DNA of 64,000 bases from Candidatus Saccharimonadota bacterium (GCA_050436805.1 JBNQGE010000023.1:10606-74605), one strand, 5' to 3'; numbered from the stretch's first letter, positions 44,182 to 53,278 are shown. Numbers and translations: made by a program. The notes: generated by a model not told the origin, from the sequence alone.

Positions 44182-45771
44182 ATGGGGCAAACTAACGCTG
44201 TCATACTTGCGCGCGTATCCAGTAAGGCGCAGGAAGATGAAGGATACTCACTTGATTCACAAGTGAAGTTGCTTACAGGCTACTGTCAAACAAAAGGGTT
44301 CAAAGTCGTTAAAGTCTTCAAGATTGCTGAAACAGCGTCAAAGCAGCAAAGCCGTAAGGTTTTCACTGAAATGTTGCATTACATCTCAAAGAACGATATC
44401 TACCACCTAGCGGTCGAGAAGACTGATCGATTTACGCGTAATATGCGGGATGCTGTCGCAATTGACGATTGGCTAGAACAAGATGAGGAACGACGCTTGC
44501 ATGCCGTCAAAGAAAATCTACTTGTTCATAAGAATGCTAAATCTGACGTTAAGTTTATGTGGAACATTCACTTATCAGTTGCCAAGAAGTACACGGACAA
44601 CCTACGTGAAGAGGCTATGAAAGGATGGGCTGAAAAGCTTGCACAAGGTTGGCTGCCAGCACCTCCGCCACCAGGATACATTACAGTCACTCGAAGTGGT
44701 AAGCGCATCCATATCATTGATAAGGCTACTGTTAGTATTATGCGTAAAGTATTCCGAATCTATCTTGAGCCTAACCACTCAATACTCACAATTACAGAGT
44801 TCATGAAAAACAACGGTGTAGTCACACGTAAGGGGCGGCCATGTGGCAAAAGCTATGTCCACAAAATATTGAGTAATCCATTTTATATTGGTGTTAACCA
44901 TTTCGATGGCAAGGACTATCCAGGTGCGCAAGAACCGCTTATTAGCAAAGAACTATTTAACGCGGTACAAAAGAAATTGCATAACAAGCAGCCAATACTA
45001 CGAGCGCGCCATAACCCGGTACTTAAAAACATCATCCGCTGCCAAAATTGCGGCGCAGCCGTTACTTGGGAGCGTCACAAAGAACGCTATTATGGTGCAT
45101 GCCAGCGCAAACAACCGACATGCAAGGGATTAAAGTTCCTGCGTGAAGATCGTGCCGAGGAGCTAGTTATGGAGACACTCAAAAAGTTTGTAAGCCCGTC
45201 GCAGGAGATCATTGCCTGGACGAGCGAGGCAATCCGAGCAGAGTCACAAAACGATATTCAATACTACGAGCAGACTGCCGCGCTTATCAACAGCAAGCTT
45301 AGTCGCATCGATCTCATGGATGAAACGTTATACGACGACAAGTTGGCTGGTGACATCACCAAAGAACGCTACGAAGCCAAACACGAGCGGCTCTCGAGCG
45401 AGAAGGCTAGTTTGCTCGATCAACTAGGCAAGCTCGAGGAACAACAAAAATCAGACTTTGAAGGCGGTCTAACGATACTAGAACTATCCCAAAAAGCCGC
45501 AGAAATATACGCAAGCAAGGTTCCAGAACAAAAACGCGTGATAATAACCGAACTCTTCGAAAAACTAACATCGAACGGCGACGCTTTGTCTGTTACGTAC
45601 ACAAAACTCACGAATGCAATCGCCCAAAAGACAGCAGAAACGGTTCAATTCTTGGAAGGACAGAAAATGACTAACCGAACTTTTGAAAAAGCCTTCGCTA
45701 CATCTGTTAGCGAAGGCAATTCCGAGATTATAAATCAATTATGTCCAATATGGCAGTCCTGTCTGAACTAA
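44182..45771 (+). CDS. Large serine recombinase (integrase)
   Basis: N-terminal resolvase domain (AVILARVSSKAQEDEGYSLDSQ), a recombinase domain, the Cys cluster CQNCG..CQRKQPTC and a coiled-coil tail. AGGAGAG SD. The stop codon TAA 45769-71 lies inside repeat 'g'. Confidence 0.85.
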   Translation: MGQTNAVILARVSSKAQEDEGYSLDSQVKLLTGYCQTKGFKVVKVFKIAETASKQQSRKVFTEMLHYISKNDIYHLAVEKTDRFTRNMRDAVAIDDWLEQDEERRLHAVKENLLVHKNAKSDVKFMWNIHLSVAKKYTDNLREEAMKGWAEKLAQGWLPAPPPPGYITVTRSGKRIHIIDKATVSIMRKVFRIYLEPNHSILTITEFMKNNGVVTRKGRPCGKSYVHKILSNPFYIGVNHFDGKDYPGAQEPLISKELFNAVQKKLHNKQPILRARHNPVLKNIIRCQNCGAAVTWERHKERYYGACQRKQPTCKGLKFLREDRAEELVMETLKKFVSPSQEIIAWTSEAIRAESQNDIQYYEQTAALINSKLSRIDLMDETLYDDKLAGDITKERYEAKHERLSSEKASLLDQLGKLEEQQKSDFEGGLTILELSQKAAEIYASKVPEQKRVIITELFEKLTSNGDALSVTYTKLTNAIAQKTAETVQFLEGQKMTNRTFEKAFATSVSEGNSEIINQLCPIWQSCLN

Positions 45772-45793
45772 GTTCAAACTTTTAACAGAGGTG
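45751..45793. repeat. Site copy 'g' (family 1), overlapping the recombinase 3' end
   Basis: TGGCAGTCCTGTCTGAACTAAGTTCAAACTTTTAACAGAGGTG. Confidence 0.75.
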
Positions 45794-45804
45794 ATTGGTA
45801 GAAT

Positions 45805-46541
45805 TTAATCACTAATATTTACTTGGGCTAAAATGGGCAGATGATCCGAATAAATAGTCTTCAATATCTCGGACTTCACTACTTTTACGTCGGGCGTGGA
45901 GAAGATATAATCTAGACGCCAGTTCAGTTCAGTCTCCTCAAAGCCATGTACGAAAATGGCTTTGTTGTCCACGTATTTTCTGACATAGCTGGTCCGGCAT
46001 TTCTAAGGATGGCTGACACTTTATTGACGGTCGTTGAGTCTGGAGCGGCATTTAGATCGCCTGTAAAGGTGAAGTTCTGCTGCTTCGTTCTGAGGATTGC
46101 AGTAAGCTTATCAGCTTCCTGCTCTTTGCGTGGGGTACTCGCAAACCTATCCGTGTATGACATGTGGGTTGTACCGACCGTAAGTTGGTGGGTGTCATCA
46201 ATTTGCAGTGTTACTTCGACGTAGCTGCGGTACTCATCGTCAAAGCCGTTGGTGCCGATAGGCTCGTTAATATACTGGAAGCTCTTGCTCACCAAGGGGA
46301 ATCTCGTGAAAATAGCGTTTGCCTGCACCCAGGAATTACCCGGCAAAGGCATACCTTGGCCATAGTACCGATAACCAAGGGCTCGGGCAATATGTTCGAT
46401 AGTGTCAGGCTCAGTCTCTTGATAGCCCTGGGTGAGTTCCTGCAAACAGATGATGTCTGCAGGGCATGCCTTCAGGAACGCCGCAATGTTCTGGATGTCT
46501 TCTTTATACCAGACGTTCCATTGGAGAATACTTACTTGCAT
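45805..46541 (-). pseudogene. Second EEP-family gene, frameshifted near the 3' end
   Basis: The ORF 45924..46541 ends ..TKPFSYMALRRLN*. The -1 frame continues HGFEETELNWRLDYIFSTPDVKVVKSEILKTIYSDHLPILAQVNISD* and carries the catalytic SDH motif. Confidence 0.65.
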
Positions 46542-46931
46542 CTAGTTTTTGAATCCTTGAATTTCCCGTAGCAGCTCACGGACATCTTGTAACGGCTCAT
46601 GCTTTAATATGACCGGCTTGTATTCCTCAAGAGTCTCGGTGAGCTCATCTTCTGTCATCGCAATGTAAAATTTATGTTCGCCATCTTTGAGTTCAGGCCT
46701 GAATACTGTGAATGAGCCACAGAGTCCATTCGCTCGAGAACCCACAAAGAAATCAAGTTCCACACCATCTTCGCCTGTGAAGCCCGGTAAATAGCCATAT
46801 TCTGAAGCAAAGGTCACACCTTTAAGCGGATAATCGCTCGCGCTCCCAAAATCTTTGTAATCACCACGCTGCATTTCGATAAAAATAGTATCGAGCGGCG
46901 CAGGCAGGGAAGTTAGAGCAGTACTTTTCAT
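46542..46931 (-). CDS. Inorganic-pyrophosphatase-like small protein
   Basis: EYGYLPGFTGEDGVELDFFVG resembles the family I PPase motif (YGYI..T..DGDPLDVLV). Confidence 0.45.
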   Translation of the reverse strand: MKSTALTSLPAPLDTIFIEMQRGDYKDFGSASDYPLKGVTFASEYGYLPGFTGEDGVELDFFVGSRANGLCGSFTVFRPELKDGEHKFYIAMTEDELTETLEEYKPVILKHEPLQDVRELLREIQGFKN

Positions 46932-46967
46932 ATGCCACTAGTGTAACAGCTAGGGTATACTTTGAAT

Positions 46968-47348
46968 ATGAACCAGACTACAGTTACGGGATTTCGGCTC
47001 AAGCTTTATCCGAAAGATTTCGCGAAAGCTCGAGCCTTCTATGAGCAAACACTTGGTTTTGTAGTTATCAATGAATGGGACCGAGGCGAGCACGATCGTG
47101 GTGTTATGCTACAAGTTGGACCAGCAATTATTGAACTGCTAACACCCGAGACAAACTACACACCGGTAGCTGGTGCTGATCTCTCACTGGAAGTGCCTGA
47201 CGTTCGTGCATTGTGGCAAGATTTGAAAGACAGAACAGATGTTGTGTTTGTGCTGCGTGATAACGACTGGGGCGATAGCTCGTTTTGTGTCAATGATCCA
47301 GAACGATTTGAGATTACATTTTTCACCCCACAAGAGCAACAAAAATAA
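46968..47348 (+). CDS. VOC/glyoxalase family protein
   Basis: ..LYPKDFAKARAFYEQTLGF..; ..DPERFEITFF. Confidence 0.65.
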   Translation: MNQTTVTGFRLKLYPKDFAKARAFYEQTLGFVVINEWDRGEHDRGVMLQVGPAIIELLTPETNYTPVAGADLSLEVPDVRALWQDLKDRTDVVFVLRDNDWGDSSFCVNDPERFEITFFTPQEQQK

Positions 47349-47365
47349 CCGGTAAGGACTACGTC

Positions 47366-47848
47366 ATGGAACACCCCGTTCACCAGCAAATCACCGATAT
47401 ACTTCGCGAGCACAATTACTGGTTCGAGGAATTTCAACATGAAGCTGTGCGTACCAGCGAAGAAGCTGCCGAGATCCGGGACGGCTATACATTACAACAA
47501 GGTGCCAAAGCTCTGATCGTGAGAATAAAAATCCCTAGCGAAGGCAAAAAGTTCGTCATGCTTGTCATGCCCGCAGACCAGAAATTTGACAACGTGAAAG
47601 CCAAGCAAGTACTGGGAGCAAAGGACATTCGCTTTGCGACGGAAGATGAAGTTGCAGAAATCACGCACGGTGTAAAACCCGGCGGCGTACCACCATTTGG
47701 GAATCTGTTCGGGCTTGAAGTAATCAGCGACAAAACTCTATACGACAACGAAAAGATCGTATTTAATGCTGGGCGGACAAGCTCTATTGGTATGAAGTCG
47801 GCAGATTATAGAATACTCGGGCGGCCGATTATTGCTGAGATTGTATAA
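47366..47848 (+). CDS. YbaK/EbsC/ProX-type aminoacyl-tRNA deacylase-domain protein
   Basis: ..KALIVRIK..; ..GVKPGGVPPFGNLFGLEV. Confidence 0.6.
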   Translation: MEHPVHQQITDILREHNYWFEEFQHEAVRTSEEAAEIRDGYTLQQGAKALIVRIKIPSEGKKFVMLVMPADQKFDNVKAKQVLGAKDIRFATEDEVAEITHGVKPGGVPPFGNLFGLEVISDKTLYDNEKIVFNAGRTSSIGMKSADYRILGRPIIAEIV

Positions 47849-48253
47849 ATGGATGCTGAAGCCACCTGGTACCGAGTAAGCACCAAGGCTGTCGTCATTA
47901 AAGCCAGCAAGCTATTGTTTGTCAAAGAAGGTACCGATCTTTGGGATCTGCCAGGTGGCGGGCTTGAACATAACGAAACCACAGTTGAAGGCTTAGCTCG
48001 TGAAGTACAGGAAGAGCTTGGTGTGCATGTCAAGACTAATAGTGACTTGCCGATCTTTGTTTGGAAGACCTACGATGAGGCGAATAAACGGCCGATCATC
48101 GTCCTGGGTTATAAAGTCGAATTAGCTTCAGAAGATTTTGTGCTGCAAGAGCCAGTTCGTGATATTGCCTTTATTGATCCAGCTGCACTGACCACAAATG
48201 ATTTTGAACCGTACGTCCGTGACTTTTATCGCAACATCCTAAAACTGGTATAG
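47849..48253 (+). CDS. Nudix hydrolase
   Basis: GGGLEHNETTVEGLAREVQEELGV. The start abuts the upstream stop. Confidence 0.8.
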   Translation: MDAEATWYRVSTKAVVIKASKLLFVKEGTDLWDLPGGGLEHNETTVEGLAREVQEELGVHVKTNSDLPIFVWKTYDEANKRPIIVLGYKVELASEDFVLQEPVRDIAFIDPAALTTNDFEPYVRDFYRNILKLV

Positions 48254-48261
48254 TAGGTAGC

Positions 48262-48735
48262 ATGACCCACGAAGCCTACATGCGCGAAGCAATAAAGATC
48301 GCCAAAGAAACAGAGGCCCAAGGCGGTGCGGCAATCGGTGCGATACTCGTGAAAGATGGAGAGATCATCGCCGTAGGCCATAGCCTTCCTGGGCTTACCT
48401 TTGACGCGACAGCACACGGTGAAACAACTGCCATACGGGCAGCATGTCAGAATCTTAAAACAATTAACCTCGATGGTTGCATGCTCTACTCAACGCTTGA
48501 ATCATGCGGTATGTGTTTGAGTGCCGCAGTCTGGAGTAATCTCAGCGCATGTTATTTCGGCGCTTATGCTAGCGACGTGCCGGAGAACCACTACGAGCTG
48601 AAGGACTACGGCGCCGAAAAACTCGCACCACAAACACAACGTTGGGATGGCACGCCTGTTCAAGTTACGGGTGGTATTTTGCGTGAGAAATGCAAGGCGT
48701 TGCTCGAGGGATATAAAGATTGGACGAAACAATGA
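48262..48735 (+). CDS. Cytidine/deoxycytidylate-type nucleoside deaminase (TadA/guanine-deaminase-like)
   Basis: H(G)E zinc motif ([12 protein letters not shown]) and ..[10 protein letters not shown]. Confidence 0.65.
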   Translation: MTHEAYMREAIKIAKETEAQGGAAIGAILVKDGEIIAVGHSLPGLTFDATAHGETTAIRAACQNLKTINLDGCMLYSTLESCGMCLSAAVWSNLSACYFGAYASDVPENHYELKDYGAEKLAPQTQRWDGTPVQVTGGILREKCKALLEGYKDWTKQ

Positions 48736-49279
48736 AAAACGCCATAATTCTCCACGGCACGATGGGATCGCCCGAAGGCAACTGGTTCCAATGGCTTAAG
48801 TCTGAACTGGAAGGCAAAGGTTTTACCGTCTGGTTGCCACACAGCTCCCTCATCCCGAGCAACCATCACTTCGCGCTGAAGCAGATTTTGTGCACATCAA
48901 CTGTCCATTTCCAATCAACGAAGAGACACTTATCATCGGCCATTCAAGTGGCGCCATTCTTGCGCTCATCCTGGCCCAAGAAAACGTAACTCCAATCGGT
49001 AAGATTGTGGCCGTTTCGGTATTTCACGATAACTCACTCAATTGGGATGCAAATGCTCGACTATTCGATGTTATGTTTGACTGGCAAAAGATCAAAGACC
49101 ACGTTCAGGACTTAACTTTTGTTCATTCTGATGACGATCCATATGTACCACTTAGCCAAGCTCAATACGTGGCCGATCACTGTGGCGCTCGGCTCATCAT
49201 GATTCCCGGCCAGGGCCATTTCAACCTTGAGAAAAGTAAAGAATACTTAGCGTTTCCAAGGCTACTGGAGCTCCTGTGA
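48732..49279 (+). pseudogene. RBBP9/YdeN-type alpha/beta serine hydrolase, frameshifted
   Basis: The N-terminus [34 protein letters not shown] is in one frame. [38 protein letters not shown].. continues in another frame, and the shift is near 48835-48845. Confidence 0.6.
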
Positions 49280-49380
49280 AAGTCATCATGTACCCAGCCA
49301 TCGACGGTTTCATTGCTATTAATGTTTACAATGATACTAGCTTTCAAAAGTTGGTTGAAATATTTAAAGTAAAAGGTAAC

Positions 49381-49728
49381 TTAATCGCCTAGGCCGTAAT
49401 AACCTTCAACGGGTTGAATATTTATAGTGTGGATATCTAGATTGCACGGATTAAGTTCTTGGGCAATTTCTTCCCCCACTGCTTGCGTCGAAGGCGCGCG
49501 ATAACCCTTAGTAGGCGTGATTATGAATGCCGTGCCTTCCTCGTCTTGGCGCGTCACTGCGACATCTTCTGCTAGGACTAACGTGTTAAATTCTCTCTCA
49601 CTTCTAGTGGTAAGCCTTTTAACTAATCCATCTAACGCAATCATGGGGAGCGGTGGTTGAATTTCTACAGCATATTCTCGTACATCCGCGTCTGGACTAA
49701 GTTCAGCAACATAAACATTGTAATTCAT
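49381..49728 (-). CDS. Hypothetical protein
   Basis: 115-aa ORF. Confidence 0.45.
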   Translation of the reverse strand: MNYNVYVAELSPDADVREYAVEIQPPLPMIALDGLVKRLTTRSEREFNTLVLAEDVAVTRQDEEGTAFIITPTKGYRAPSTQAVGEEIAQELNPCNLDIHTINIQPVEGYYGLGD

Positions 49729-49787
49729 AAAAATTATTATAACATATAGCTAATTAAAGATACGTCGTCAGTCGACGGGCGAGGTAT

Positions 49788-49826
49788 TTAGTCCTCCGGT
49801 AACTACGTCGAACTTTTAACAGGAGT
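49788..49826. repeat. Site copy 'h' (degenerate family 1)
   Basis: TTAGTCCTCCGGTAACTACGTCGAACTTTTAACAGGAGT. Confidence 0.55.
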
Positions 49827-49833
49827 ATTTCAC

Positions 49834-50583
49834 TCAGGCTTTCTTCGCCAGAAAAATCATTTCGTGGTCATCATTTGCGAACGGCTTAGAGGCCCAGTCA
49901 CCGTAGACATACTCAAACATAAACCCGGCATCCTGCAAAGTTTCAGTTATTTCTTCTTTGGTGCGGAAGCGAAGTTCATTGGCAGAGATTAACTCCTTGC
50001 CGGCGCCCTTAAAGTGGTAGTGAAGTTCATACACTGCTCGACAGCCATCGTAATTGAGGTTTTCTGGCCACCATTCAACGGGGCCAAGCGGCGTCTGCGG
50101 TATTTGGCCCGTGTACGATTTTGTTGGCCAATCCGCAAAAGGCCGCACGAGCGGGTTGCGACTCTCGAAAACCAAATAACCGCCAGGCTTAAGCGCACGA
50201 TACATACTTCGTAAGGCCTGCTGCCATATGTCATCATCCAAAAAGAACTGAGCAACATGTCCAGCCATAATAACAAGGTCTGCCTGCATGTCAGTCCGTA
50301 ATGCCTCTGCGCTACCAGCTATCCATTCAGCCTCATTGCCGTACTTTTTCTTAGCCTGTTTGAGCATTTCAGGCGCAGGTTCAATGCCGATAACCTCGTG
50401 GCCTTTTTTGACTAACTCGTTGCTGAGCAATCCTGTACCGCAACCAAGATCAATAACTTTTTCGATGTTAAGCTCATCGGCAAGGCTGAGATAAAAATCA
50501 ACGTAGCTGCTAATTGGATTAACGGCATCATAAATTGTGACAAGCATAGGGTCAGTAAATTCAGTGTAATTTTGAGTGGGCAT
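49834..50583 (-). CDS. Class I SAM-dependent methyltransferase
   Basis: VIDLGCGTGLLS. Confidence 0.75.
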   Translation of the reverse strand: MPTQNYTEFTDPMLVTIYDAVNPISSYVDFYLSLADELNIEKVIDLGCGTGLLSNELVKKGHEVIGIEPAPEMLKQAKKKYGNEAEWIAGSAEALRTDMQADLVIMAGHVAQFFLDDDIWQQALRSMYRALKPGGYLVFESRNPLVRPFADWPTKSYTGQIPQTPLGPVEWWPENLNYDGCRAVYELHYHFKGAGKELISANELRFRTKEEITETLQDAGFMFEYVYGDWASKPFANDDHEMIFLAKKA

Positions 50584-50587
50584 ATGA

Positions 50588-50989
50588 TTAATCAGCCCAC
50601 TTTATAGTTGCGTCACGGTCAAATAAGATTTTAATAGTATGCTCTTTCTTGCTAAAGACAAAGTTGCGGCTATGCTCCTGTAAATCCAGCTCGATCACTT
50701 GCTCTTCAGGAAAACCACGCAGGTGGAATGTGTGTTTTTGGAGCTTAGGATCAGTAGAGTAGATGCCTCGGGATTTCTCCCAGTCAATTGCTCCAACTTT
50801 GAGAAGGGTATTGCGAAACGCGTCGATACACTGCACAAAAGCCCCATCTTCAATGTCTAGCCATACATCAATGTCAGAATGTTCATTGTTGCGTCCCGTT
50901 GCCCACGAGCCTTCCAGCCACATCGCATGTATTTCGGGGATAGTCTGAACATCGGGTAGAATCTTCTGGATTATATCGAACAGTGTCAT
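50588..50989 (-). CDS. Nucleotidyltransferase-domain protein (ANT/Lnu-like minimal NTase)
   Basis: GSWATGRNNEHSDIDVWL (GS-x9-11-DxD). Confidence 0.7.
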   Translation of the reverse strand: MTLFDIIQKILPDVQTIPEIHAMWLEGSWATGRNNEHSDIDVWLDIEDGAFVQCIDAFRNTLLKVGAIDWEKSRGIYSTDPKLQKHTFHLRGFPEEQVIELDLQEHSRNFVFSKKEHTIKILFDRDATIKWAD

Positions 50990-51011
50990 GTTTACATGAT
51001 AACAGATCGAG

Positions 51012-51530
51012 TTAGCTAGTGCTGGGTGTCTTCAAATTGACGGTTTTTCTAATAAACGTCACGCTTTGCTCGACTGAATTGGTTTCGGGAATGGTAAATT
51101 CAAAGTCATAGCCCAATGATTCCACCGGCTGATACCATTCGCGCATTTGCTCAGCACTAAAAGCATGGCGCAGTTCACGTGTTTGGTGTCGACGTGCAGT
51201 TTCTTCAAATGAGACATCAAAGTTAAAAATAAAGTTATCCTGCGGATGATACTTTGCAAGAATTTGCGCCAAATAGTTCCGGTTCCGCTCGTGGGCGAAG
51301 AAAATACTATCCCAAATAACGTCAAAATCATGATCAAGGCAATACTTCACATTAAGCGCCATTAAGTCGCCGAGCGCTTCGCCATATTGGCCCTTAGGGA
51401 AGAGCATATGTTCACGGTAATAGTCACCGGCAATGATGGCCGTTTTGCGAGTGGTGTCTTTGACAAGCTCGCGCGCGACGGTGCTTTTGCCGGAACCAGA
51501 ATTGCCACGCAGAATAATGAGCTTAGACAT
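51012..51530 (-). CDS. P-loop kinase (AAA_33/zeta-toxin-like small-molecule kinase fold)
   Basis: Walker A LRGNSGSGKST. Confidence 0.65.
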   Translation of the reverse strand: MSKLIILRGNSGSGKSTVARELVKDTTRKTAIIAGDYYREHMLFPKGQYGEALGDLMALNVKYCLDHDFDVIWDSIFFAHERNRNYLAQILAKYHPQDNFIFNFDVSFEETARRHQTRELRHAFSAEQMREWYQPVESLGYDFEFTIPETNSVEQSVTFIRKTVNLKTPSTS

Positions 51531-51555
51531 GGCACTATAGTAGCATTTCCGAAGT

Positions 51556-51723
51556 AAAAGTTCGAACGTTGCACATCTGGTGGAGAGACAGGGCTCGAAC
51601 TTGATTTTACAGAGGCGGAATAGAAAAATCCGAGCAGTTGATGACTCGGATTTTGAGGTCTGACCTCTGTCATTCTAACTTGGCAGTCCTTCAAGAACTA
51701 AGTTCAAACCTGTAACAGAGGTG
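51556..51723. repeat. Composite junction 'i-j': family-2 site, foreign tRNA-like 3' fragment, small hairpin, then TGGCAG fused directly to a family-1 site
   Basis: AAAAGTTCGAACGTTGCACATCTGGTGGAGAGACAGGGCTCGAAC..CCGAGcagttgatgaCTCGG..CTTGGCAGTCCTTCAAGAACTAAGTTCAAACCTGTAACAGAGGTG. Confidence 0.75.
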
Positions 51724-51730
51724 CTATATG

Positions 51731-52540
51731 CTAAGCACTTCGAATAATTTCGGCTACGGTCGCGTAGAAACCAGCCGGATTGTCAGTCATGAGCGCATGG
51801 CCGCTACGTGCTACCTCATAAGTAACAGAGCTTTCAAGTTTCGGCACAACATCTTTCTTGCGTTTGCCATTGGCACTATATATGTACGCTTTGTGCGGCA
51901 AGGCAGTGAATAGAGGCAAAAGCTTTTTGCTATCAGACCATGCAACCAAGGATTGGATACTTCGATATAGGCCCAATGGACCTGCTTCACTAAACCATCG
52001 CGCCCACGGCCGCATACTCCGCCTCGGATGATACCGTAAAAGAGTTACGAGGAGCGGCAGCGTAACGAGTTTGAATAGCCAGAAGGGTCGATGAGCTATC
52101 GCACGCGCATCCGCACCACTGCCGTTAGGCGCCAGGTTACTCTCGGCATTAATAAATATGGCGAGATTCTTAATCAAAGGTACGGCCAGGAGTCCGATGC
52201 TTCCGCCCATACTGTGTCCTACCAAGTAAACCTTTTTTGCTTTAAGTGAGTTAACTGCCAAAGCGACAATATTTGCTTGGTCGAGCAAATCATATGAGAA
52301 ATCGTCCGGCTTTTCTGATGCGCCAAAGCCCAGTAAGTCGATAGTGCAGATACTGTATTCTTTCAGTGCATCTGCTGTGAATGATTCGGCAAAGCACTCT
52401 TTGCCGCCGCCCCAACCGTGCAAGAAAACCACAAGACTATCTGTATGCGTATTGTGGCGTAACTTTGTAGAAAGCGTGTAGCTTCTGCCCTCATGCGTTA
52501 CGTGTAATTCAAGTATACGACTTTCCATACTCTCCATCAT
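51731..52540 (-). CDS. Alpha/beta hydrolase
   Basis: GHSMGG nucleophile elbow and HGWGG. Confidence 0.75.
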   Translation of the reverse strand: MMESMESRILELHVTHEGRSYTLSTKLRHNTHTDSLVVFLHGWGGGKECFAESFTADALKEYSICTIDLLGFGASEKPDDFSYDLLDQANIVALAVNSLKAKKVYLVGHSMGGSIGLLAVPLIKNLAIFINAESNLAPNGSGADARAIAHRPFWLFKLVTLPLLVTLLRYHPRRSMRPWARWFSEAGPLGLYRSIQSLVAWSDSKKLLPLFTALPHKAYIYSANGKRKKDVVPKLESSVTYEVARSGHALMTDNPAGFYATVAEIIRSA

Positions 52541-52597
52541 ACCAGTAATACTTGTCTCGGCTACCGAGGAAGAGGCTTGATAAATAATAAATGAAGT

Positions 52598-52849
52598 CTA
52601 TTCAATTCCTGTATAGTGACAGTACTTCTTGAATTCTGTTTGGTCAGCCGGTTCTAGACCTGCATGTTTACCATCCAAGTTATAGTAAAACCCTTGCTTT
52701 GCCTTAATGGGCTGCGTGCATTGGTAAATAAAGAGCTGCTTATCTTCATAGGTGGTAAGCTTCTGCTGGGCGCGGGCATAGGATATTAGGATACCGATTA
52801 GTGATAGGCTCGTTGCGGCTATTACCGTAATAATTATTCGCCTGGCCAT
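52598..52849 (-). CDS. Small single-TM protein
   Basis: The start is placed at ATG 52849 (MARRIIITVIAATSLSLIGILI..). Confidence 0.4.
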   Translation of the reverse strand: MARRIIITVIAATSLSLIGILISYARAQQKLTTYEDKQLFIYQCTQPIKAKQGFYYNLDGKHAGLEPADQTEFKKYCHYTGIE

Positions 52850-53259
52850 TTGGCTTCTACGTGCTGAGTTAAAGTCTCGACTAGCCTCTGCATATTTGGC
52901 GGCAATTGCAAGTTGGACATTTCTTGCAGACTGAAGAAGCGTAGCTCTTGGCATTCGTCAGATGCAGTAAAATCAAGGCTCTTCAGCTCAATCTGGTAAA
53001 TGATATTTGCAATATAAACATTACTGGATGCCTTGTGTGCTGTAACAAAGTACTTTGGCTCAGGCCAGACTTTTGTCACAGTCAGATCAGTCTCTTCCTG
53101 GACTTCACGTTTGAGGCAGGCGATCGGATCTTCGCCGTGATCAAGGCCGCCGCCAAGCATATCCCATGTTCCGTCGCTTTCACGGGCCAGCAAGACGCGA
53201 TCTTGATCGTCGATGACGATTCCCTTGACACTGACACGGTAGTAGCAGGCTTCATTCAT
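52834..53259 (-). CDS. Nudix hydrolase
   Basis: GGGLDHGEDPIACLKREVQEETDL. The start is placed at ATG 53259, because the longer ORF runs into the direct repeat. Confidence 0.8.
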   Translation of the reverse strand: MNEACYYRVSVKGIVIDDQDRVLLARESDGTWDMLGGGLDHGEDPIACLKREVQEETDLTVTKVWPEPKYFVTAHKASSNVYIANIIYQIELKSLDFTASDECQELRFFSLQEMSNLQLPPNMQRLVETLTQHVEAKWPGE

Positions 53260-53278
53260 GCATACATGATAACAGATT

